A stretch of DNA of 46,685 nucleotides from Sarea resinae (Eukaryota): positions 1-46,685 of the forward strand of contig JAPEUD010000116.1 of assembly GCA_026026165.1 (NCBI GenBank), in the 5' to 3' direction. Shown here one piece after another: positions 12,335-22,424 of this stretch. The notes under the pieces were generated by a model, which saw only the letters and a program-made list of their open reading frames with translations, made no database searches and was not told the origin of the DNA. Each line of letters begins with the position of its first letter. Positions within the stretch are counted from its first letter, which is position 1. A program made the position numbers and the translations under genes.

Positions 12335-14047
12335 CTAGAACTCCATTGGGTCTCCATTGACTTCTTCCCTCTCCCTCTTCGCCACCTTCTCATCCTTCAT
12401 GAGGGCGCCAACAAAGCCCTTGAAATAATCGACGTATGGCTTCAGACTCGTCTTCTCATAGTCCTGGATCCGTTTGCTCTCTTCCTCCTGGCTATCTCTC
12501 GGATGATCTTTGTCCCATGCATCAATTTCGGCAAGCAATTCAGTCACCGTCGGGACCCCTAGAGGATCGAATTCGTCCGCTTTCCGCGTGTCTATGGGGA
12601 CACACACGCGACCAGTGCCAGGATGGATAACGAAAGGCGATTTCAGCAAATGGATGAGCTTTTTGCTGACTTCGACATCAAGCCGTGGATACGTGTACTC
12701 TAGTACGATATCCTGTTTCGCTTCTAACAGTGCCTTCCCGTCGAGCGATCTGCTGGCGCCGGTTTTGGCCAGGGAATCAATGTCGGCCCATTTGCTTGCA
12801 CTAGATCGACCGGGTGCTGCATCCCATTTCTTCCGCAGAGATTCATTGAGGGTCTTATCGGGTAGCAATTGGAGGAGGCGTTCCGATTTCTCCTCTGACT
12901 GCCAGGGATCTTGGACGGAGAGGATGTCGCTTTGAAAGTGCTCTTTCAAGATATCTAAGCTTCGCCTGTAGAAAATCAGCTTAATCCACTTCTCAGTTTA
13001 AACCGAAAGCTTACGCTACGTGTGGGTGCAGAGGCCGTTTGACATTGACTTTCTTCGCACTGCCTTGCCCTCCCCCTTTAATAAGTTCCAGATAACCTGC
13101 GATGGCTCTTCTCTTCGGATCTTCCATCTCCCTTGCCCTCCGGTCGCAAATCCAAGCATGAGCTCCTCTTCGCCCTGAATAGACCCACATTATGTGTTTG
13201 AAACCGAAATCATCCCGCAATGCTCCGTCAATGACCTTGATGGCCATGGTAATGAACGACCAGCATTTATGGCAGATGTTAGCTTCGTCGCAGCAAGTAC
13301 GGATTTCATCGTAATCAGTAAGATCGATATCGAAGACAAGCTCCTTTGCCAACGGGCGGAATGCGCTGGATTTTCGCAGGGTCTTTCGTTCTCTGGGATT
13401 TGTAGTATACACAGGTCCGATCTCAAAACGAGAAGGGTTGAGGCGCAGGACCTCTTTTCGTAACCTGTAGCAATTCAGCCCGAAACCCATATGCCAATTC
13501 CTCGAGGGGCCACAAACAGATCGGCCGTGGGAAACGCTTGGTATCGCAGATAGGCACTGTTTGATAGAGTGAAGGCGAATTCCCGATGAGAAAAATCATT
13601 TGAAGGAGATGGCGAGTGATTCAGCCATTGAAAGAGGGCTCGGAATGGGAAGAGTCGCTGATAAAAGGCATACATGATCTCGGGATCACTGTATCTTGCG
13701 GGTGCGGCGGACTGTCTTTGGCGATGTTAGATCTGAACCTAACATGGTCACAGCGATACTCACAGCGGCGGTTCCACTGCCTCCTCCATCTTGACTTCCG
13801 GAGCACTGGAGCTTGGAAACTCATCATCTTCATCTTCATCGTCGAAAAGATCTTCTATCTTAACATTCTCCGCTAATTCTGGATTATCTCCGTCGCCAGT
13901 GTCCGCCTCGACTTTGACTTCATCGTTGCGCGCGGCATCCGAATCTTGCTCTGGTTCGGGATTCGATGACTCCGGCAACGCTTGTGAATCTGCCATATTG
14001 CTATCTTCCTGACTCGGTGCAGCCTCTGAGGAGACTGAGTGCGGCAT
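12335..14047 (-). CDS. PRI1: DNA primase small (catalytic) subunit, 4 exons (13764-14047, 13518-13715, 13015-13464, 12335-12965)
   Basis: FYQRLFPF, REFAFTL, RFEIGPVY, KELVFDIDLTDYD, YSGRRGAHAW, YPRLDVEVSK..HLLKSPFVIHPGTGRVCVP. Confidence 0.97.
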
Positions 14048-14231
14048 GTTGACTGTCAGCTTGGGCGATCTTTTCTACTGAAAGTGTACACGGCTGGGAC
14101 TTCAGTTGGTTCGGCGGCCTGGATAAGGTGTACACTCGTCAATCTGCGAAGAAGGTTTCAGGAAAGGTCGATAGGGTTTGAAGCTTTTTTGGAATTATCT
14201 TGTTACGGTATCGATACAGCACAAATGGAAC

Positions 14232-14277
14232 ACGCGTGCCTATCAAGCACGCGAATACGCGAACACGCGAAGCGCGT
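14232..14277. promoter_or_regulatory. Dense MCB-like cluster upstream of PRI1
   Basis: ACGCGT 14232, ACGCGA 14249/14257/14265, GCGCGT 14272. Confidence 0.75.
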
Positions 14278-14579
14278 TTCATTGAATCCGAATTAGCGAG
14301 AGCTGTAGCTTATCGATACTGTATTGTCTTTCTATTTCTAGGTCTGGACATCTTCGACACCCGACCTCAGGGCTTCATCATTCCATGCAATCGAATAGTC
14401 TGGTTCAGCTACGGCTTTGAGAGGGCGCTTCATTTCGGCCCCAGCAGCAGCTTCACACGGTCGCTCACAAAGCGTACCAATCCCAAGACGGCCTCCCTGA
14501 TTAGCTTTTCAATGGCAGTGTGAACAGCCTTCATCAGGCCTGTGGCTTTCAAGCACTCAAGAAGGGTCCATACCCATCG

Positions 14580-15380
14580 TCACCATTTGTCGGAGTGCGA
14601 TGAAGTTCTCCGGTCGTCAACTTCTTCCGCCTCCTTGACTGTGACCGTCACGCCCCCATCGCCCTTTCTGTCGTCGTCTTGCTCTTCCTTGCCGTCTTCC
14701 TCTTCTTTACCCTCATCTCCAAGCCAAGAGCGATGGTGGCGCTGGAAAGCAGTCTTCCTCTTTGGTGTTGTGCCCAGATGTTGCCTTCGTGCCCTCTGAC
14801 GAGTTTTCTTCGCTGCTCGGGGAGAAATGACATAATCCGTTGAGGATGTCAATTTGCTGAAATATTTCTTCTTTATTGTATCTATCTCAGCAATGACCAA
14901 AAGCCATGCCGGTATGTATATTGGCCAGCTCGAGCATAGCGCAAACCGGACTGCTATGCCTCTGTCTTGGGAAAGCGTATAAGCCAGACGTGGCCAATCG
15001 CACTCCTTTATGAGTGCTTTTGGACTGGTAGCAGGTAGAGCGGTAGGCGTCTTGAAGTTGCGCATTCTTTGCTCTATGTGGTCCTGATAATCGCCCAGCA
15101 GCATCTCCTTGAGGACCTCCGTCGCGTTCTTACGGTGATATTCGTTGAAAAACTGATCGGTATCTTGTACCCCTAAGTTCGCATATTCTCTCTTGAGGAT
15201 TCCCTGTTCTTCTGGTCCACCGATCCACCTCATGATCAGGAGAAGACCATTGATCTCCAAGACCGGCAGGGTCTGTTCTATCGTCACATTATAGTCGAAT
15301 ACAAGAGTGGTTAGAAGGAAATGCCTGAATTGGCACATGAACGTGAAAATGCGCTCAGTTTCACGGAAATCCCCAAACAC
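14580..15380 (-). CDS. Hypothetical/orphan protein (5' exon structure unresolved, may start near ATG 15600)
   Basis: 266-codon open frame with protein-like composition and a basic-then-acidic tail; no family recognised. Confidence 0.4.
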   Translation of the reverse strand: MFGDFRETERIFTFMCQFRHFLLTTLVFDYNVTIEQTLPVLEINGLLLIMRWIGGPEEQGILKREYANLGVQDTDQFFNEYHRKNATEVLKEMLLGDYQDHIEQRMRNFKTPTALPATSPKALIKECDWPRLAYTLSQDRGIAVRFALCSSWPIYIPAWLLVIAEIDTIKKKYFSKLTSSTDYVISPRAAKKTRQRARRQHLGTTPKRKTAFQRHHRSWLGDEGKEEEDGKEEQDDDRKGDGGVTVTVKEAEEVDDRRTSSHSDKW

Positions 15381-18300
15381 GTACTTCCAGTGAGTGTCGA
15401 TGTCCCCATTGATAGCCTGAAATTTCTTGTATCATGGATGTCAGGTCGCAGTCTCGCATCGTCAGAGCTGTCTGGCAACGTCGATCGGCCGCTGTGATGC
15501 GATCGAGGAGACATGGCGTCAGTGTTAGGAGTCTGGGCAGATTAGAGTATCTAATATGCATGCCCTCCAGGTATGGGCTCTGACCGGGCGCTGTAGCCAT
15601 TTTGCTCGCCCGATCCCACAGTACAGTTGCTAGGCAGGTTCTTAGAACAGGAGGTTAGGCTTGTTAACCAGATGCTGCGAGAGACATAATATAGGTATAC
15701 TAAGTCTGGCACAAAAGATTAGCTTATTTGATCGGACGATCCTGTACTCGATTCCACATCATGAACATACGCTGAGAGACATAGGTTGCGGAGGTTGCAC
15801 CGAAGATTCCGAAGATACAAGCTCATCATCGGGTTCTATCAGAGTTGAATAGTGTTTCTCGCGTGCTCGCCGTCAACGGCAGGTCCCTTTGGAAAGAGTA
15901 ATGGACTCCCTACAACAGATTGCAGGTACTAGGCAGATGCCAGAAACATTGACCCTGCGCCTTCCATATTTTACGCGGCAGAGAAAGAGCGTGAGGGCGG
16001 GTCAAATGTTCCTGAAAACATTCACTCCTGGTCTTTCGAAGCTCAGGAAGAGCTATAAATACAAGTGTGGTCCCCGGCTCTCTGCCACCATCATTCATCA
16101 TTTCCCAAGGATTCAGAGACTGGTAAATCATGCCTTCTCGCGACTTGCTCAGTCTTCAGCCTCCGCTCTCCGTTAAACACTCCACCGTGCATGATGGACC
16201 TGCACCATTCATCGCAGTGGAAGAACTAAGAGGCACTTGTCTTCAGCAGTATAGGATAGAGACCGTTTTCCGACTTTACCGTGGAAAAGCAAATGATGTA
16301 TGGCTCAATACGCTGCCGTCGTCTATAAGAACAAGCCCTTGCGACTTCTAGAACTTTATTTTCGGGAGCCGGCCAGCCAAAATCTCGAATACATCAATAT
16401 TATAGAGAAAAACGGACTGACCCCTATAGTTAGAAGAAACTGTCACCTCGATAAGGATAGCCCACCACCTCCGGTTTCACGGTTGAAAGCATATGCAGTC
16501 TATCGTGTGCAATCAAGAGAGGGGATTCTCAACGAGAAAATCTCATTACAGTTGTGCAGCGCTTCTCCGGCAATTTTGGGGCTGGTGGAAAACTGGCGGC
16601 GGGAGCCCTGGCGAGCGCTGCGGGTGACCTCTCAGTTGAGAGGAGATGGGGAAGGGCCATGGTGGGAGCAATAGAACTCCGAGTGCTGTCGCTGTGAGAA
16701 ATATGATGACAATGCTTCTCATTAGCACACGACACAGAGGACTATAGAACAATGATATACTGTCCAGATCATCTGGGCTTGGCTCTGACTGCTAATTCAA
16801 AAGGATAGGAACATCATGAATAGAAGATGAGCGGATCACTAGTCATCGGTGGACATGGCGGAGGGATGCAGGTCCAACAAGAGTGCACGCACCGATTACA
16901 TGAAGAATCTTTGCTCTAAGATGAGAGTCTCTGGATCATTAGCAAAGATGATCTGCTCCCTAGGTTGAATCTCCTAGGAAACTCTTGGCAGAACCGATAT
17001 CAGGAGAAGCTAAATTGTGCCATCAAGATTATTGAAACAAAGCCGGCCCATCCACAAGGAGCAGGGAATGGCACACAGAGTGCGTTTTCAATCTTGCAAA
17101 ATGCGATCTCGGTACTTGAACATATACGTGCGAGGATAAAATCGGCGCCGACATACCAACCGATTTAAATCTTGATCTCAGCGGCCCTTGAATACGATGA
17201 AGATCGGCAAGGATTGAGCGTCCGAGAGGCATATGAATGCAAAAATGCAAATATGCTAAAGATTAGCATCAAAGCTTTACCGGCCTTATAGAGTACGAAG
17301 AACGACAATCGCACCAAGAAGAGTCTCTTGCTTTAACAAAAATTGGCAGTCCGACGCTACCAAAACCCTCAACACTGAGAACGCTATCATCACCAACACC
17401 ATAAACTATATCAGCACTAGCTTCAACCTCTTCAATGATCCAGCCATACTAAAGCGATCAACAATACTAAAGCATCAGTCTCCCCTCTCCCTCGTGACAG
17501 GAACACGAGTTGAGCCACAGAAGCCTTTTCATCAGAGCAAGCTCTGGTAGAGCCAAAAGCATGCTGACTCTAAGTAGCAGACTGAATCTGAGGACCCGGG
17601 AACCCCCATAGGTCGACGCGAAGAGACACAAGTTCCTTAGAGAGAGCAGAAAGCCTATGACAAGCAGATAGAGCTGGACTGATAGCTGTGCTTAGGGTAT
17701 GGATTTATTGGGGCTGCGGCTATTACTTTGAGAAAGGCCACATTGGGGTGCTGCAGGGCGAGCTCCTCACAGAAATGTGGTCCCAGACGTACGGCAGGCG
17801 CCTATCTCCCTAGACGCTTCCGTGTGCCTCTAGCTTGATCTTCCTTCGTTCACAACTTCACCGCACCCCATCCCTCTCATATTGAGAGGTCTGTCAACGC
17901 CTCGTCTTATTGCTCATCCTATGCTGTTGGAGTCTTCTGGTAAGGGGCCAGAGCGGTCAATTAGGAAAAGGAGAGCCAAAGTGCTATATTGGTGGGTTCT
18001 TTCACGAATGCAGCCTTCAGGGTCTGTCGTCTCTCGCTGGATCCAATGTCCGGCCTCCTTTCGATAATAACAGATCATGTCACCATCAAGCGAACATCTC
18101 CCTGGTGGGTTTGACGCCGGTCGGGTAAAAGACGGCAGTTTTTTCCTAAGTGACACAAATGAGAACCAAAGTACGCCTCGCATGAAATGGCTATATGCAA
18201 GAAAGTAGCATCACAAAGAGCACAACAGCTCTAGGGGATATAGCGCTATAAGAGCTGGTATCGAGTACTATACTAAGAGGAACGACGAGAGCATATTGTC

Positions 18301-19948
18301 GATAGGCTCTGACAGCAGCAGCGCCATAACACGCTTCTTTCCCACGCAAACTAAAAAAAAATGAAAATAAATTATCAACAGCGACTTTGCAGGCAAACCT
18401 GGAAGAAAAAAACGATCCATATCAGCGCTTTACCGCTGAGAAACGCAAGCCTGGAGATAAGGCAACCGTCAAGTTACGAATAATGCTTCGGAGGTGTTGC
18501 GCAACATCGATCGGCCGGCAATTCTCTACCAAGGCGGATTCAATCGCCGCACATGGTGGCCAATATGGAGCGGGCGAACAGCCAGCTGTGCTTTGCGTGG
18601 AACGCATTTATAGATATCCATATCACTCCACTGCCGCAATAAAGCCTACAGGGCGGTGGTTATTGTTTGCATGGGTCTACCGAAAAGAAAGGGACCATAT
18701 TATCAAAGTGTTGCCGACTATCTATCTGATCAACGCGGCAGCTGGGTCGGCTACACCGGCGCCATTGAAACGTAAGTTTCCTATACGCCAACTAGGAAGC
18801 TTGCCATTTGGTTCTCCTGCAATCCGCCCAGCTATAAAAGAGCGCGAAATGAGCTTTGCGATCGCAAGCCTGGCTAATGTAGTGTCCTGGAATTAGCAAG
18901 TCGAGAGCAGCGATTATTGCACATATTATCCTGTCGTACTGATTGGGTGTATTGCCTTAGTATACTCAAGGCTTGCTGCGTACGATAGGGTCCGGAGTTG
19001 TAGCTTTGATGCGAGGATGCTGATCTCGTCATCATGGGTTTTGGTGCGCCAGCCACCGTAATTCAACGACTCTTGGTGACGAGCGAGAACCTAATCAAGG
19101 GAGAATACGAGAATTCAGTCAACCATGTCATTGGGAGGATTAAGGAGGATGTGAGTGGAGGAAGAATAAAGGGTTTAGTAAAGGTGTGAACTACAGCACA
19201 GTATGGAGAAGATAGAGAAGATGTTTGATCTACCCCTGAAGTCGAAGCAATCCCATTCTCGACCACAAACTAGCACCGCGAACAGAGATTAGACGACACT
19301 TGTCGCCACAAACAGCCAAGGAGGAAGGAAAGGGGGCTGAAAACAATAAACCTACCTTGCCTTTTAAGCACGAGAAGATGCGCGGGATCGCCGACGTAAA
19401 CGGTATCGATGACGGGTGGGCCGTCTTTCCCTGTCCGGTTGGTCTGCCAAAGGACAGTAATTGCAAGGATTCCTCTAAACAAGCCGCTGAGAGAGCGCTC
19501 AGTCAACACGGCACGCCAATCATTCTGGCCACACTGAGGGTATGAGTGGACACGCAGATGAACTCTGCGGGAAAGATTGCGAATGGTTGGTGCGGTCGAG
19601 TAGAGATCATCTAGATGGACCCTCCTGAAGGGAATAGAAAGAATAGATGGATTGATAAGGAAAGTTCATAAACGCCTATAGTAAACAACACTCATGTTGA
19701 GGACTGATTGCCAGTACTGATATGACTGCCCCTTGTCGTCGCCCGCGCGCCCACCCCGTTGATCCAAGAAAACGCCAATTTGATCGCCTGCCACGTTCTA
19801 AGCTGTCCCGCTCCTGCTCCATCCCGTTCCGGCAGGTCTGCTAATCTTCTAGAAAGGGCTCGCCTGCAGATTCGGATATTCCGTCGTTGTCTCATGTCAA
19901 TCATCCGTACAGACTGCCGGCCGCAGAAAGCAATGCAATCCCAATGCC

Positions 19949-21658
19949 CTACTCCGTGATACCCTTCTCCTTGTCACCCGTCGCCGAGACATTTTCGATC
20001 TGCGAGACGCTCGGGTCCTCATACACGCCCTCGCCGATCTTGTGCGTCTCGTGATCGACATGGAGATGATTCCACTCGACCTCGACGTGATCGCCGAACT
20101 TGGCGCTGATCTCCTCGAGGGTCAGGCCGGCGGTCTCCGGCAGGACGAAGAGGATGGCCGTGGCCGAGACGCAGCACACGACGACGAAGACGATGTAGTA
20201 CCTCCAGCCGATGGTGGCGAAGGCCTTGGACGCGGGCGAGTTGTAGGCGATGGCGGTGGCGAAGAAGGAGACGAGGCCGATGGTGGCGCCCTGCGAGCGC
20301 AGATGGGTCGGCCAGATCTCGGATACGTAGACGTAGGCGGCGCAGTCGATGGTCGAGCCGTAGAAGACGATCCAGATGAAGAACATGGCGACGGCGGCGT
20401 CGAGGCCCGAGTGGTTCTGCGTGCCGAGGTAGTACTTCTGCAGCAGGCCCTCGACCAGCAGCGTGGCGGCGCACAGGTAGCCGCCGAAGCCGAGCAGCTT
20501 GACCCGGCCGACGCGGTCCATCAGGAAGGCGTCGACGAGGCAGCCGACCAGGGCGCAGACGGCCCAGACGACCGACAGCCCGAGCTGCAGCACGATGCCG
20601 TAGCCGAGCCCGCGGAAGAGCACGGGCGTCAAGTTGGCGATGACGAGCACGCCCGTCGACTGGCCCATGATCCAGACCAGGATGGCGCACAGGGCGCGCT
20701 TGCGCAGATGCGGCGTCTTGAAGATGTAGACGTAGCCCTTGGGCAGCGATTTCTCGGCGTGCACCTGGGCCTTGATCTGGATCATCTCGGCGTGGGCGAG
20801 GGTGGATTCCGGGTCGTGCGGGTGGCGGTGGAGGCGCTCGAGCACGGTCCAGGCCTCGTCATGGCGGTCCTGCTCGACGAGCCAGCGCGGCGATTCGGGG
20901 ATGACGAACATGCTGGCGAGGAGGCAGAGGGCGAAGAAGGTCAGGAAGACGAACTGGAGGCGCCATTGGTACGAGTGGTCGACGAAGTGCAGACCGAGCG
21001 CGACGGCCGAGCAGGTGATGTAGGCGTACACGATCGAGATGGCGTGGTTGGCCACCAGCATGCCGCGCGTGTGCGGCGGCGATATCTCCGACATGTAGAC
21101 CGGGCAGTTGGTGATGACCATGCCGGCGCCGAAGCCGCAGATGAAGCGCGACACGATGAACATGGCCACGTCAACGGAGCCGGCCTGGAGCGCGCCTGAG
21201 ATGGTGATCAGGATGGCTGCCGTGCCCGTGGCGACGCGGCGGCCGTACTTTTGCGAGATAGGGGCTTGGCCCAGGGAACCGAGGAGACCGCCTCCGAGGA
21301 AGCTGTGGATAGTTTAGTATATCAGACAAGAAAGAAAAGGGATGGAAGGAAAATAAAAAGGTGCTGCATACGCTCCCATGATGCCATCAGTCACTTGGTC
21401 TGCGTTTCCGCCGGAGAGGAACTTTTCGATGAAGGATGTCTGGGCTAGGGAGCCGGCAATGGTGTTGTTGGCATAACCAAACACGAAGGATCCCAGACCT
21501 GCGATGATGATGGTCTGGCATTCCTGTCAGTGTCTGCGCGAAAATTTCACCAGGGGCAAGGGGGGATCATCGCGTACAAGAATATTGTAGGCACTGGTGT
21601 GGGGTTTGATTTCATCATCGGGTCTATGAGCGCGCTTGACCCGCAGATTGCCCAACAT
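19949..21658 (-). CDS. MFS sugar porter (Sugar_tr family), 3 exons (21578-21658, 21372-21514, 19949-21302)
   Basis: GSFVFGY, YGRR, RFICGFGAG, YMSEISPPHTRG, PESPRWL, DRVGRVKL, SEIWPTHLRSQG, PETAGLTLEEI; canonical introns. Confidence 0.93.
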
Positions 21659-21768
21659 CTTGTCGGGTAGAGGGGGGGAATCCTTTAACAAGCTCAATCG
21701 CAGAATAAAAGGAAACTCAGAAGACGCTCAACAGAACGGAAACGATGATCGACCTCCCGATGTTCTGT

Positions 21769-22424
21769 CTGGAGACAGGAAAGAAGTTTTGGGGTGTGGG
21801 GACATGGCTGGGGTATATATGTTGATCTATGATCAATAGATGAAATGAAAATGACACTGTGGCTGAAAACCAATTGCATTGCCTTGACGGGTTAAAATCG
21901 AGTCTGTCATCTACCTATGAGAGTGTTAAGAGCAGTGTGCTACTGTCTTACACAGTGCACCAACAACTTGGTCTACCCCAGGAAGTATTCCGCATTGCTG
22001 GGGTCCCCGCATCCTTGTTGACCTCGCATGGCTGGAGACGACGATAGCTTCATTGGCTATTGCGGGGTTCGGAAGGACTTTGATCAGCCGCTAAAGGGAT
22101 ATGTCTCGAGGGTCTGGAGTCTGGAAGAGCCGAGTGCTTAGCAAGTGATGGCAAGCACGAGCAAGGGTCTTTGATAGCAAGAACGTGAGAACAGGGATGG
22201 CGTGGATGGCGTGGATGGCGTGGATGGCGTGGATGGCGTGGATGGCGTGGATGGCGTGGGAAGGTGGTTGAATTGACTATCTTGGGATGCTGGGGATTTT
22301 TGGTCATGAAAATCCGGGGTTGGATAGATGAGGTGCGGTGCTGCGTAGATGCTGTAGATGGTCCGGGGAATAAGGCTAGGGGTATGCGGCTCCGTCGGTT
22401 CGCTTATCAGCTGTCAGTCCGGGG
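21769..22424. promoter_or_regulatory. Cluster of SYGGRG (CreA/Cre1/Mig1-type) sites and a TATA-like element (21814-21820) upstream of the sugar porter
   Basis: Matches counted by eye at 21769, 21796, 21808, 21998, 22005 (rc), 22032, 22062, 22114, 22290, 22314, 22363, 22419. Confidence 0.55.
22195..22257 (+). repeat. (GGATGGCGT)7 perfect tandem repeat
   Basis: Seven exact 9-bp copies. Confidence 0.95.

Noticed and set aside
20042..21199. 385-aa plus-strand ORF and 223-aa alternative-frame ORF over the sugar porter
   Set aside because: Shadow ORFs expected from extreme GC3; no independent motifs
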